From IMG/VR virus record IMGVR_UViG_3300026488_000012, positions 96,001-160,000 of that record: a stretch of DNA of 64,000 nt; one strand, 5' to 3'. Positions 46,809 through 57,359 of the stretch are shown piece by piece. How positions within the stretch are numbered: the first letter of the stretch is position 1; the number at the start of each line of letters is the position of its first letter. The notes below the pieces were generated by a model. The model was given only the letters and a program-made list of their open reading frames with translations. It ran no database searches and was not told the DNA's origin. The position numbers and the translations under genes were made by a program. This DNA comes from a virus.

Positions 46809-48995
46809 ATGGCTAAATTAATAGTGAAAAGAGATAGAATTGTATTTAAAAAAGAAACTATCTTAGAAAATAGATCTTTGACAATTAAAGGTCTAAAAAG
46901 ATTTCTCAACAAGAGAAATCTTAAAATAAAAGAAAAAGATTTAAGCGCAGCATATGCTGCGTATACTGGAGAAAATTCTCCAGTTAAAGTTCCTGTTATA
47001 ACAGGGAAAAGAAGAAAAGGAGTTGTTTCTAGGGAAGAAAGAATCCCTAGAAACACTCCTGTTAAAAGTCTAAGGGGGGATATCCTCCCTAAAAAAGTCT
47101 CTTTAAAAGAGAGACTTAAAGCGGCTGTGAAAAAAGCAAAAGAAGACGGTCATAGATTCGCAGCCGTTAGAACCGCATACGGTCTTATCGAAGTTCGTAG
47201 AAGAACGAGCTTTGATGAGACCTATGAAGTTTTTATGGAGGTCTTTAAAGAAAAAAGGGCTGAAATACTAGCGTATGAAAAAGCGCTAAGTGAGGACTTG
47301 TCCCATCCTCACTTAGCGAAACATTATATTAAAGAGTTTGGGGACAAAATTATCCCATACTTTAAGCTGGTTGATACAATGGCTTTATCCTACGGTATGA
47401 ATCCAAGGAACGTGTGGGATTCATGCGGAGTATGGGGAATATCTCCTGACCTATTCCTATTCAAGATTGGTGACAAAGAACATCTTCACAACATAAAAGT
47501 TGTGAAGATGTTCGTGGAGATAGCCCTAGAAACTTTAAGAGTTAGGGGGAGGGTGGATCGTATTCCAAGTATATTCCACCCATCAGTATTTTTCGAACAA
47601 AGAGAAAGAATGAAAGAATACAAAGAAAAAATTGATTCTAATATAGTCTATCCAGGGATCGAAGAGTATGAAATATTTATCTCGATCTTCTGGAGACTAT
47701 ATAAAAAATACGGAGTAGACGGAATTCCGTCACTACGCATTACCCAGTTAATGAACTGGGATGAAACCTGGGATGAATTACTGGGTTGGAAAGACGAGGA
47801 TCTATTACCTCTAACGCTAATGTTAATAGATTCGGACTTCTACTCCATCGATAAAGTTAAAACCGGTGAGGGTAGAAGAGGCGGCTATTATAAGATAAAT
47901 TTCAGAAAACTAAATAACTGGAAGAAACTTAGCAAGAGGGAAAAAGCTAAGTTTCTTCCAGCGCCATTAGCTTGGAGACTCCTATTCAATAGGAAAGCTC
48001 CAGATGGAATCGAATTTCGTGATCCTAATCCTGTTAACTTCACGAGAGCTTCTCAAAGGGCTTTTCGTGAGTTAGCAGAAATCATCAAACGCGACGACAG
48101 GGGATATTTTGCTGCTAACATTAAAGCAGCGTATCACCTTAGTCTCGCGTTTGGTGATATGAATACAGTGAAAAGATGGCTAAACGCACTAGGATTGAAA
48201 GTGGATGCGCTAGGCATTCACGACGCGTTCGTAAACGCCCACCATTTCTTAAAGCTTAAATATAAAGAAAAATGGGCGGCGCTCCTAATCAAATTCCCTG
48301 GGCTCAGAAAAGTTACATGGGCTTTTAGGGAGTTTGAGAGGGAGTTTGGACGCGTAGCAACTAAAACTGAAATCAGTAGCTATGCCGCGACTAAAAAATA
48401 TAGGAATGTAAAATTAAAAGATGTCGCGGAGATAGCTGCTGAGTTAAAATTATCTCAGAGGGAATTTGAGGATTATCAAAACTTTTTCCTCAAAACCCCT
48501 GAGAAAAAATCTACTATGTTACCAAATGTGGTTGTCGAGAAAGGTGAATATAAATTTAGAAAACTCGATGACCACGATAAAATAGGCCCGTTCTTAGGGT
48601 TGTTGACAGACTGTTGTCAACACCTCCATAACGCAGGTGACACATGTGCTAAGGCGGGATGGAGGGACCCTGAGAGCGGGTTCTATGTCGTCGAGAAAGA
48701 CGGCAAAATAGTTGCACAATCTTGGGCGTGGAGAGGTAAAAAAGGCGAGCTTTGCTTTGACTCTATAGAAGGGCTCGGTAATGTTAATGTTAATATAATT
48801 GCCGAGCTATATAAAGAAGCAGCTCGTCAGTTAGTCGGCAAAATGGGGATCACTCGCGTGACTGTGGGTGATACCTCATATGGCTTAACTGAGGATGTAA
48901 AACAAATCCTCGGTGGAGTCAACCGCGAGTCAGCGGTCATGATCAAAAAGGTGTCTTATACAGACGCTGATGATCAGTGGCTCTTAGCCGACTAA
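46809..48995 (+). CDS. Large accessory protein with basic N-terminus and probable GNAT-fold C-terminal domain
   Basis: C-terminal GFYVVEKDGKIVAQSWAWR-GELCFDSIEG-IIAELYKEAARQL-ITRVTVG follows the strand/helix order of GNAT acyltransferases; base composition visibly more GC-rich than core genes. Confidence 0.5.
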   Translation: MAKLIVKRDRIVFKKETILENRSLTIKGLKRFLNKRNLKIKEKDLSAAYAAYTGENSPVKVPVITGKRRKGVVSREERIPRNTPVKSLRGDILPKKVSLKERLKAAVKKAKEDGHRFAAVRTAYGLIEVRRRTSFDETYEVFMEVFKEKRAEILAYEKALSEDLSHPHLAKHYIKEFGDKIIPYFKLVDTMALSYGMNPRNVWDSCGVWGISPDLFLFKIGDKEHLHNIKVVKMFVEIALETLRVRGRVDRIPSIFHPSVFFEQRERMKEYKEKIDSNIVYPGIEEYEIFISIFWRLYKKYGVDGIPSLRITQLMNWDETWDELLGWKDEDLLPLTLMLIDSDFYSIDKVKTGEGRRGGYYKINFRKLNNWKKLSKREKAKFLPAPLAWRLLFNRKAPDGIEFRDPNPVNFTRASQRAFRELAEIIKRDDRGYFAANIKAAYHLSLAFGDMNTVKRWLNALGLKVDALGIHDAFVNAHHFLKLKYKEKWAALLIKFPGLRKVTWAFREFEREFGRVATKTEISSYAATKKYRNVKLKDVAEIAAELKLSQREFEDYQNFFLKTPEKKSTMLPNVVVEKGEYKFRKLDDHDKIGPFLGLLTDCCQHLHNAGDTCAKAGWRDPESGFYVVEKDGKIVAQSWAWRGKKGELCFDSIEGLGNVNVNIIAELYKEAARQLVGKMGITRVTVGDTSYGLTEDVKQILGGVNRESAVMIKKVSYTDADDQWLLAD

Positions 48996-49012
48996 CCTCT
49001 CCTTTTTTTTTT

Positions 49013-50329
49013 CTAAATTATGTCATTCAGGTCTAATTTAACAAGATTTAGACTTGAGTCGTGCATTGCTTTCATACTTGAATTAAGTACTTTACCGAAC
49101 ATATCTATAACCATTAGCGCTATACCGTTTTCATAATTTTTCATATCCTCACCCATACATACTTTACATCTACCGTGTTTGTCTAGTTTACAGTACATAG
49201 GGGTTCTTAGTTGTACTAGTTTACCTATATATTTTTTAGCTTCTTCTTCAGTAGATATCAACACAGGCTTACCTTGTTTTAATATATATCTACCTTTTAA
49301 TTCTTTATAATTCATATCCGTAACATTTAAGTTATAATACATTTTACTACCGCAGTCTGTATCTAATACTTTCATATCGATAGTTGCTCTCAATCCCTGC
49401 TTAGCTCCGTATCCACCTTTCTGAGTTTCAAATCCCCTTTTAAAACTACCCTCTCTAATATCGTTATAGAGAACTGTTATTTTTTCATCATCTATATCCC
49501 ATCCCTCTGCTAATGATTCAGGAACAACATGTGCTTTACCATCTTTAAAATAAAAACTACCTCCGTGTCCATAACTCAGATACATCTTTTTCATAGCGTT
49601 TAAGACTTTACCTTTTACATATGTTTTAATAGTAGGATCGTCTTTTAGATACTCTTTCTCATATTCTAATAACTTCTTATCTATCTCAGCTACCTTATCC
49701 AGTTTTTCTAATACATTATCTCCGTATTTTTTCTTGTATTCGTTTATTAATTTCTCTCTGTATTCTTTAATGTTAGGAGGAGGTTGCGTGGTCTTTTCTG
49801 TAGATGACACTGCTATCAATCTGTTTAATCTTGACAAATAGATAACATAATCTACGAACTTCTCGTACTCAGCTATAGTTATATGTGTTTTACCTTTTTT
49901 CTCTATCTCGTCGTTAGATATAAGAAGATTCTTAATGATTGTATCTTCTATATCGCCTACTGTGAATGGTGCGTTAATATAAGCTACCTTATTATTAAAA
50001 GGTTTATAGATTACTATAAAGTTAGCAAGAAGTCTACCAAATGTAGTATCCATGTCTTCATCTATAAAAGGTAAGAATCCTTTAGGTAGATGTAAAGGTG
50101 TTTTAGGCTTTAGTAAAGGTTCGTTACTATAATCAGTATTCAATTCTAAAAGTTCGATTTCATTAGTTTCAGTATTCTTTATTTTTCCATAAAAAACATT
50201 ATCTTCCACCTTTACGAATTCATCTTCTGTACCATCTGGTAATAATGATAGCATATCGACTAACCAGTCGAAGTTTAATGGATAGTCGTTTTCAAATGCG
50301 TATTTTAAGTATTTTAAAATATTATTCAT
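49013..50329 (-). CDS. rpoC: Virion RNA polymerase beta-prime subunit, C-terminal part (phiKZ gp80-like)
   Basis: TTFGRLLAN, IREGSFKRGFETQKGGYGAK (bridge helix), DCG, and zinc site RTPMYCKL...CKVCMG, SMKAMH. Confidence 0.88.
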   Translation of the reverse strand: MNNILKYLKYAFENDYPLNFDWLVDMLSLLPDGTEDEFVKVEDNVFYGKIKNTETNEIELLELNTDYSNEPLLKPKTPLHLPKGFLPFIDEDMDTTFGRLLANFIVIYKPFNNKVAYINAPFTVGDIEDTIIKNLLISNDEIEKKGKTHITIAEYEKFVDYVIYLSRLNRLIAVSSTEKTTQPPPNIKEYREKLINEYKKKYGDNVLEKLDKVAEIDKKLLEYEKEYLKDDPTIKTYVKGKVLNAMKKMYLSYGHGGSFYFKDGKAHVVPESLAEGWDIDDEKITVLYNDIREGSFKRGFETQKGGYGAKQGLRATIDMKVLDTDCGSKMYYNLNVTDMNYKELKGRYILKQGKPVLISTEEEAKKYIGKLVQLRTPMYCKLDKHGRCKVCMGEDMKNYENGIALMVIDMFGKVLNSSMKAMHDSSLNLVKLDLNDII

Positions 50330-51395
50330 CGAGGTTCCTTTCTATTTCAAATACTTGGTATAAAAGGTTTTTATTTCTATCGTCTGTTAATACTGTTTTA
50401 TACTTGTCGTAAACTTCATTAACTATTTTTAGCATTTCTCTTTGACCAGGTAACTCCGTAGTCGAAATAAATATTAAGGTGTCGTCTTTGCTATTGTTTA
50501 TACTTTCTTCTATACTGTTTTTTAGAAATCTGATATTGTTATACAGGTTTAGAGTAAATATATCGAACAGATAACCTCTTATAGTAGGTATAATTGCTGT
50601 AAATGCATGATAGTTTATTTCTTTTAGACTATCTATAAGAAGTTTTCTAATCTTGGTTAATTCAGAATTGAATCCTGATTTATTAAATAGTGAGTCAGTA
50701 TACATAAGGTCTGTTATCATTGAGTTTAAAACAATCGAACTTTTGTAATCATCGTAGAAATTATTAACAAATTCGTATACTAGTAATAGTTTATCAGTGT
50801 CTACATCGTCGTAATTCAGGTAAGATGTATCTGTTTCGTTAGCTAATTTAACTACCATATCCTTTAGAACATTTAAGAATGTACCAGTATAATCTTTAAT
50901 CAGTTTGTAATATTCATCAACGTTTAAATCAGGTATATAGTAACTGAATATTCTATACATAATTTCGAATTTATCCAAATAATCATTGTTAAACAAATCA
51001 GAGAAATACAGAGCGTCTATGTCTGACATAGTTTTTAGAAAATAAACACATTCTAAAATATTGACGAAGAAATTAAAATGTTCAGAGTAAGATTCATTTA
51101 CTAAATCGCTATCTTCTATTTTAATACCAATAGACTCCAGTAGTTTAATCGTATGTGATATTAATAGTTCCATAAATAATAGGTTAGCTTCTGGTTGGTA
51201 GATATTACTATGGTCTAAATTTATAAAATTGTAAACATCTAAAGCATAATCTCCATATCCTAATAAATCAAATGTTCTAATAAGTCTTCTTATATTAAAG
51301 ACAGTTAACGGAGTGAAGTTGTTTGTTATATATTCCTCCAGTTCATTGTCTATAAAATCATTTTCTAATTCTGAGTATTCCACGACTTTTTCCAT
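50322..51395 (-). CDS. phiKZ gp79-like protein (putative virion)
   Basis: Co-transcribed upstream of the gp80-like gene. Confidence 0.45.
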   Translation of the reverse strand: MEKVVEYSELENDFIDNELEEYITNNFTPLTVFNIRRLIRTFDLLGYGDYALDVYNFINLDHSNIYQPEANLLFMELLISHTIKLLESIGIKIEDSDLVNESYSEHFNFFVNILECVYFLKTMSDIDALYFSDLFNNDYLDKFEIMYRIFSYYIPDLNVDEYYKLIKDYTGTFLNVLKDMVVKLANETDTSYLNYDDVDTDKLLLVYEFVNNFYDDYKSSIVLNSMITDLMYTDSLFNKSGFNSELTKIRKLLIDSLKEINYHAFTAIIPTIRGYLFDIFTLNLYNNIRFLKNSIEESINNSKDDTLIFISTTELPGQREMLKIVNEVYDKYKTVLTDDRNKNLLYQVFEIERNLDE

Positions 51396-51476
51396 TTAAA
51401 AATCCTTTTTATGGGTTTGAATCATTTGATGTCGACCCTAGTAAATAAAGGAATAAGTTAGTAAAGGAGAAAAAAA

Positions 51477-52022
51477 ATGAGTAAAAAAGAAGTTAAAAAA
51501 GTAGCAAAAGAAAATAAAGAAAGCAGATGGGAGGATGTAAGAGAAACTTATGAAAATGCTGTTAAGATATATCTGGTCTCTGTGAAAGCTATGACAGATG
51601 TCTATAATAAGTATCTACCTATTATAGAAAAACATCCAGAACTTAAGAAATTGTTAGACGGTGGTGCTAAGACGTTGGATGGTATAAGAGTATTGATTAA
51701 TAAAACTGCTCTAAGTCACATAACAGAAGTTAAAGATGATAGTGATGAAAAGACATTCACGATAGGTGATAAAGCGTATACATTTAGAAAGGGTGTAATA
51801 GACGAGAATAACGATAATGACGTAGAGATAGCAGTTAGAGCTATGTTAGCTTATCAACAGCTTATATCTAGCATATACGCAGTAGTTAAGAACACTATGA
51901 CTGTATTTCTATCTGAGGTTGAAAAGATTCTTAATAGTATAGATGATAATAAAATTAAAGAAGAATATGGTAAAATGTTAGAAGTAGATAAACAAGAATT
52001 TATAGAGACAGCTAATAACTAA
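51477..52022 (+). CDS. Hypothetical protein (phiKZ gp78-like by position)
   Basis: 181 aa, SD aaaggag, divergent from the gp79/gp80 pair. Confidence 0.5.
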   Translation: MSKKEVKKVAKENKESRWEDVRETYENAVKIYLVSVKAMTDVYNKYLPIIEKHPELKKLLDGGAKTLDGIRVLINKTALSHITEVKDDSDEKTFTIGDKAYTFRKGVIDENNDNDVEIAVRAMLAYQQLISSIYAVVKNTMTVFLSEVEKILNSIDDNKIKEEYGKMLEVDKQEFIETANN

Positions 52023-52039
52023 TAAAAAAGGAGTAACTA

Positions 52040-53533
52040 ATGGACAATGTTAAAAAAGATAATGAGAATGTTACTCAGGTAGTAAAGGAGAAATTACTAC
52101 CTGATGTAGCTAAAGAGAGACTTAAAAAGTTAAAAGACATATATAAAGACGTCAAAGATGAGTTATTAGTTGTTTTACCTGGTGAGTTATATAAAAAATT
52201 AGAATCATTTGTAGAGAATTTCGAGTATTTAGAAGAAGATGATTTTGCTAATATACCTGAAGATTTACAAATACTATTAATTAAATTACCAGAGTTTATG
52301 GAATCTGTTAAATATAAAGATGTAACATCTAAACCTCTAACAGAAGAGGTTAATAATAAGATAGTAAAAGATGATAAAGAAATAGGTATCAAACATCCTA
52401 AAATTAAATCCGGTAAAAGTAAACAATCTTTCCTATTAGAGTTACAAGAGGGAGTAGGTTTAGGTAAAATTACTAAAATTCCATTATGGAATAGCGGGTT
52501 TTGGATTACTATAAAACCGCCTAAGACTGAAGATATAGTAAATCTTCAGCTTAAGTTAAGTGAAGAAATGGACCGTATAGCTTCACTCACTACGAATTTA
52601 GCATTTAGTAATATCACTACTGTGTTCCATAAAATCGTCTTTGAGTATGTTATGGAAAGGATAGCTGACAGTAGTTTAGATGTACCTAAAAAAGAGCTTA
52701 TTAATTATATCTCGTTATTAGATTTAGATACTATTTTGTTAGGTGTATTGCAACAGGTTTACTATAATGGTTTTGATCTTTATCTACCTTGTAAAAATAA
52801 TTATAATACAGAAAAGGATGATGAGGTTAAAGTTAAGAACAAATGCAGCTACGTATTAGAAGCCAAGGTTGATTTATCTAAATTACTATGGGTAGATATG
52901 AGTAAGATACCTGAAGAGGCTCTAGTTATAATAGCTAACTCCATGCCTAAATCTGTTACAGTAGCGGATATTAAAAAATACAAGTCTATACTTAACCGAG
53001 GTATAGATAATAGAGTTACACTGACTCTTAACAATGGGAAAACTATTAGAATGGATTTAGAAGTTCCTAATCTTAAAACGTACTTTAATGTAGGGGATAT
53101 CTTCATACTTAAACTTAACAAAATCGTTAATGAACTTATGGAGAATGGAATATTAAAGAATGAGAAAGACAAAGCAGTGAATGTCGCTACCAAGACGTTG
53201 TTCCTGAGTATTTATAGTCATTTTGTAAAAGCTATTAAAAACGGAGATGTTGAGTTTACCGATAGAGATGTTATAAATGAAGCGTTAGAAATCATCTCTA
53301 GTAACAATAAAGATACTAATGAAATAATAGAAAAGATAAATAACTTCATTACTAAATCCTCTGTTACTACTATAGGGTTACCTAACTTCGTATGTCCGGT
53401 TTGTAAAGAGAAACAAGAAACAACTGATACATTTGAAAATATAGTTCCTTTAAATATGGTACTCTATTTTTTTACTTTATGGACACACCGCTATATGAAA
53501 TTACTGGAGGAAGAAAAAGAGAAACAAAAATAG
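52040..53533 (+). CDS. phiKZ gp77-like protein, possible baseplate hub assembly protein (T4 gp26-like)
   Basis: IPLWNSGFWITIKPP, LDLDTILLG, YLPC...KCS, and C-terminal CPVCK zinc knuckle. Confidence 0.5.
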   Translation: MDNVKKDNENVTQVVKEKLLPDVAKERLKKLKDIYKDVKDELLVVLPGELYKKLESFVENFEYLEEDDFANIPEDLQILLIKLPEFMESVKYKDVTSKPLTEEVNNKIVKDDKEIGIKHPKIKSGKSKQSFLLELQEGVGLGKITKIPLWNSGFWITIKPPKTEDIVNLQLKLSEEMDRIASLTTNLAFSNITTVFHKIVFEYVMERIADSSLDVPKKELINYISLLDLDTILLGVLQQVYYNGFDLYLPCKNNYNTEKDDEVKVKNKCSYVLEAKVDLSKLLWVDMSKIPEEALVIIANSMPKSVTVADIKKYKSILNRGIDNRVTLTLNNGKTIRMDLEVPNLKTYFNVGDIFILKLNKIVNELMENGILKNEKDKAVNVATKTLFLSIYSHFVKAIKNGDVEFTDRDVINEALEIISSNNKDTNEIIEKINNFITKSSVTTIGLPNFVCPVCKEKQETTDTFENIVPLNMVLYFFTLWTHRYMKLLEEEKEKQK

Positions 53534-54084
53534 AGAAGAAGATTAGGAAAATAAGTAACGAGTACTATCTGAAGCTTAATAGACTTATCTCTAAAAGAAA
53601 ACTTAATCTCTATAGAGAGTATATAAAGCTCTCTTATAGAGAACTTTTTAATAAGATATTTACTATCTTATCTAATTTCATAGGAGATAAGGAATTTAAG
53701 AATACACAAGAAGCCGAGTTATACAGAAGAAAATTTTTAGAGGGGTTATATAGAGAAGGTAACTTAAAACCTGACCAAGATATAGACCCCATGGTCTATA
53801 GACAGATTTATGATGTCCTACATAGAGAACCTGTTGATTATAATCTTAAGGTATCTAAATACCCTAGATACGCTATGGATTATATCGCAAGGGAATTAGG
53901 TCAAATGCTTGGTATCTCTTATAAAGAGTTTTTTAAACTAACTCTCGAAGAATTAGAAATAATTCTGGAGATTTCAGATTTAAAATTAAAAATAGAAGAA
54001 ACGATGAACGAAGAGATGATGCGTGAAGTTGAGAAGTTAAATAATGAAAGTAGTGATGATAAACTTAATCCTTTTGAACTTTAA
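53479..54084 (+). CDS. Possible baseplate/tail assembly chaperone
   Basis: C-terminal LGISYKEFFKLTLEELEIILE resembles assembly-chaperone motifs; 55-bp overlap with the upstream gene makes the start uncertain. Confidence 0.35.
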   Translation: MDTPLYEITGGRKRETKIEKKIRKISNEYYLKLNRLISKRKLNLYREYIKLSYRELFNKIFTILSNFIGDKEFKNTQEAELYRRKFLEGLYREGNLKPDQDIDPMVYRQIYDVLHREPVDYNLKVSKYPRYAMDYIARELGQMLGISYKEFFKLTLEELEIILEISDLKLKIEETMNEEMMREVEKLNNESSDDKLNPFEL

Positions 54085-54094
54085 GGAATAAATT

Positions 54095-54871
54095 ATGAAC
54101 AAGTTGAATTTTACAAAGGGTATAGTTAACATACATAAAGGCGTCTATACTGAAATAGACGCTATTCTAGATACGAGATACGCGGTGTTGTCCAGATATT
54201 TTCCAGATATCGCTAAAAAGATAGAGACTAATAAAACCGGTCTAGAGTATTATCACTCTAGACCTATTGATGAATTTTTTAATCTTCCATATGAAGTTTT
54301 TAATTTATTTTATAAAAGAAGAAATAGAGAGGTTCTTAAAAATGCTAAAATTAATGCTGTTATACATTTTCTTAATTTAACCTTAGCTGATTTGTTAAAT
54401 AAGAGAATAAATTCAGAACAAGGTAATTCTATAGTTAATTTAGTGGTCAATACGTATCCGTACCTTCTTAATAAATCAGAGATTAATCTTATGGAGAATG
54501 CTATTAAGTTAAAGCTGACATATCCTACTATGGTTAATGTGAAATTCAGTTATATACCATACCATAAACTAACATCCAGATACATAGATGAGAACTTTGG
54601 TTTAATGGTTATGTATAACTACATAGAGTGGTATAATATAAGAGGTTACCTAAAGGATATAACCCCTAACATACCGCACGTTAAATTAATAACACCTGCG
54701 TTAATAGATAAGGCATTAGTATTTAAAGATAACAAGACATACGAAGACTATTTTAAAAGTATGGAGAAAGCTACAATGACATATATAAATTTAGAATTTT
54801 CTGGAATAGAAATATTTAACAGCTTACATTTAGTGCAGTTAAAAGATCAAATGTTAAAGGATGAGAAATGA
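54095..54871 (+). CDS. Conserved phiKZ-like protein with degenerate HAD-like motif I
   Basis: VYTEIDAILDTR near the N-terminus. Confidence 0.4.
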   Translation: MNKLNFTKGIVNIHKGVYTEIDAILDTRYAVLSRYFPDIAKKIETNKTGLEYYHSRPIDEFFNLPYEVFNLFYKRRNREVLKNAKINAVIHFLNLTLADLLNKRINSEQGNSIVNLVVNTYPYLLNKSEINLMENAIKLKLTYPTMVNVKFSYIPYHKLTSRYIDENFGLMVMYNYIEWYNIRGYLKDITPNIPHVKLITPALIDKALVFKDNKTYEDYFKSMEKATMTYINLEFSGIEIFNSLHLVQLKDQMLKDEK

Positions 54872-55470
54872 CAAAAGAAGGACTGAAAAGACTCATAGAC
54901 GAACACTCTATAGAATTAGATAAGGAGAGTGAGAGAGTTAATGTTTCGCCTATCTATACGGACTACTATTATGTAATCAAACCTATAGAAGAAGGTTTAT
55001 TAGTAGAATCTTTAATACCGTATGATAACAGTATGTTCGTTGTGAATACCGATGATAAGCTAGATAGAGTAATATTAGTTAACAAATTACCAGAGAGTAT
55101 TGATAAAAATTATATAAGAGATGAGTATCTTAAAAATTTAAAAGCAGATAATATTACAGATGTTACGGAAATTATTGATAAGTATGTATCTAGATATAAA
55201 GTAAGAATAGACGTAGTCTTAGAATTACTTACTACTGCATTAGGTATATTAGAAAAAGAAGGTATTAAGAAAGTAAAAGATGAATTAGAGAATCTAAAGG
55301 ATTTATCAGAAAAGATAGACACTATAAACAGATTTGATATAGAAGCTATGAAGAAAATCTATAATGGAGAAGGATTAGAAGTACTCGAAAATTTAAATAG
55401 ACAAGTAACAGATTTAATAAATACTTTAATTACAAAGATGAACGAAGTTACTACAGATACTTCTAAGTAA
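54868..55470 (+). CDS. Hypothetical protein
   Basis: 200 aa, ATGA overlap. Confidence 0.7.
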   Translation: MTKEGLKRLIDEHSIELDKESERVNVSPIYTDYYYVIKPIEEGLLVESLIPYDNSMFVVNTDDKLDRVILVNKLPESIDKNYIRDEYLKNLKADNITDVTEIIDKYVSRYKVRIDVVLELLTTALGILEKEGIKKVKDELENLKDLSEKIDTINRFDIEAMKKIYNGEGLEVLENLNRQVTDLINTLITKMNEVTTDTSK

Positions 55471-55499
55471 AATCAGCCATATATAATTCGTATAGAAGA

Positions 55500-55528
55500 G
55501 ATACAGTGGGTTTTTTACCCACTGTATC
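55500..55528 (+). terminator. Terminator hairpin
   Basis: gatacagtgggt-ttttt-acccactgtatc. Confidence 0.7.
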
Positions 55529-55563
55529 CCATTTTAAATTCAAATACAAAAAAGGAGTTGAAA

Positions 55564-55953
55564 ATGAGATTCTTAGAGAAAATAAAATATTGGGAGGACT
55601 TAGAAGTTGAATTTGAGAAATTAAAAGACCAGTTTTGGTCTGTTGTAAAAGAGCTGAAATTCTGGAAAAACAGAGTTAAGGAGCAGGAGCTCAAGATAAA
55701 ATCTCTAGAAAGAGAGAATAAAGCTCTTAAAGCAATATTAGAAGAAGTTTACAAAGAATTAGATAAACTACCCAAAACAAGAATAAAGGTAATAGAAAAG
55801 GTAATAGAGAGACCAGTTATAAAGAGAATAATGGTTAAAGAACAGGATGATAAGAATGTTGAAATAGAAGACAACATTAAAGAAAGGGTTAATAGGAAAC
55901 TATTAAAAAATATAAAGGAGAGAATTGAAGAGAGATTAAATATGTACGCATAA
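55564..55953 (+). CDS. Small coiled-coil protein
   Basis: ATG 55564 after SD aaggag; heptads QELKIKSLERENKALKAILEEV. Confidence 0.65.
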   Translation: MRFLEKIKYWEDLEVEFEKLKDQFWSVVKELKFWKNRVKEQELKIKSLERENKALKAILEEVYKELDKLPKTRIKVIEKVIERPVIKRIMVKEQDDKNVEIEDNIKERVNRKLLKNIKERIEERLNMYA

Positions 55954-56021
55954 ATTCTCTCTTCTTTTTTTCTTTACTAAACCATCTGTTGCTAACACTA
56001 AAAACAAAACAAGGAGTGATT

Positions 56022-56765
56022 ATGAGAGAAGTTTACGACATGATTAATATATACGACGTTACAGACACGGATTATAGAGACCATGAGATAATGGATTTCT
56101 TAGAAGAGATAAATAACACTAATCCTAACACAATTTACAAAGATGATGATAACTATATTATAGCATTTGAGAAACCATACAAAATTAATGACGGAGATAG
56201 ATGTTCTATTAACGTTTTACCTTGTATAAATATCAATCTCTATAACAAAATCTTGAATATGATTAATTCTGAAATAAAAAGAGAAGATATTGATTTATCT
56301 GCTTGGTTAAATAAAATTAATCCAGTAGATAAAATTATATTATTTCAAGAAGTTAATGGATTAACAGAACAACCATTTAGTTATAGGGTAGAAATGATAA
56401 ATGTTATTGAAGAACTATTAGAAATTAAATACGGAGATAAAGCTAGAGATAAAGCTATTGAAATAGTTAGTCAAGTGTTACCAGAGGATTTAACAGATGA
56501 AGAATTAATTAATAAGAGAGATGAACTTATAGATATATTTGCAGATATTTCAGTTTTTGCTATAGGTGCTCTACTAAAATTAAAAGCTAATCCTATTTGT
56601 GTTCTTGATGAAGTGTCTAAAGTTATAAATAGTAGACAGGGTGAGATTATAGATGGTAAATTTACAAAATGCAAAACACAAGAGTGTGTAGATAAGTGGT
56701 ATACTCCTAATTATAATAAATGTATAGGCACAGGGAATATTACAGATGACGAAACTAGGGATTAA
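56022..56765 (+). CDS. MazG-like / PRA-PH-like nucleoside triphosphate pyrophosphohydrolase
   Basis: FQEVNGL...IEELLE, DELIDIFADISVFAIG, and LDEVSKVINSRQG...DGKFTK; ATG 56022 after SD aaggag. Confidence 0.7.
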   Translation: MREVYDMINIYDVTDTDYRDHEIMDFLEEINNTNPNTIYKDDDNYIIAFEKPYKINDGDRCSINVLPCININLYNKILNMINSEIKREDIDLSAWLNKINPVDKIILFQEVNGLTEQPFSYRVEMINVIEELLEIKYGDKARDKAIEIVSQVLPEDLTDEELINKRDELIDIFADISVFAIGALLKLKANPICVLDEVSKVINSRQGEIIDGKFTKCKTQECVDKWYTPNYNKCIGTGNITDDETRD

Positions 56766-56919
56766 AGAACGTCTTGATCTAATCTCCCTTGTGCTTATAA
56801 TAATTATGTTCTTTCTTTCCTTTACTGGACAGTATGATAATGCTCTAATATTTATTATGTTCTTATTTGTTTATATTAGAATTATTTATATAAGAGAAAT
56901 TATAAAGGATAGAAAATGA
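56746..56919 (+). CDS. Small two-TM membrane protein (not in ORF track)
   Basis: MTKLGIKERLDLISLVLIIIMFFLSFTGQYDNALIFIMFLFVYIRIIYIREIIKDRK, 57 aa, overlapping the upstream gene end. Confidence 0.55.
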   Translation: MTKLGIKERLDLISLVLIIIMFFLSFTGQYDNALIFIMFLFVYIRIIYIREIIKDRK

Positions 56920-57127
56920 GAATAAACATAAGAGATAAGGTAGACTCATTAAGTTACATAACAGGATTAACCTTTACGATCGATACATAGTTACGGAGTA
57001 CAATGGTAAAACACATTATAGTTAAAAGTATACTTATTTGTTCGATAAAGATAATGTAATAAACGAGGAGTTAACATCAGATTTAATCAAGGAGGTTGAG
57101 AATGGAAGAGAATGTAATACCTATTGA
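56916..57127 (+). pseudogene. Possible decayed small gene
   Basis: ATGA-coupled start MRINIRDKVDSLSYITGLTFTID, then a shifted frame IVTEYNGKTHYS*KYTYLFDKDNVINEELTSDLIKEVENGRECNTY* with one internal TAA. Confidence 0.25.
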
Positions 57128-57323
57128 GATTGAAATCCTGTTAAAAGAGAAGTTTCCGTTAACAGAAGAGATTTTAAAAGAAGATATTAGTGTTAACCAT
57201 ATAAAGATGTTTTTAATGGATAATGATGTAAGAGGTAAAGATGCTAGAAAATATGCAAAGGCATATTACGAGAAACTTGAAATATTCAAACATGACTTAG
57301 AAGTTATGGGTTCTAAAAGTTAG
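57102..57323 (+). CDS. Small hypothetical protein
   Basis: SD aaggagg; about 73 aa. Confidence 0.6.
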   Translation: MEENVIPIEIEILLKEKFPLTEEILKEDISVNHIKMFLMDNDVRGKDARKYAKAYYEKLEIFKHDLEVMGSKS

Positions 57324-57359
57324 GAAAGACACGAAATGAATGTTAATAGAAAAGTGTTT

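Noticed and set aside
53479-53533. Tail-chaperone-style programmed frameshift at the 52040/53479 overlap
   Set aside because: The downstream ORF has its own ATG and I found no canonical X_XXY_YYZ heptamer in the correct frame.
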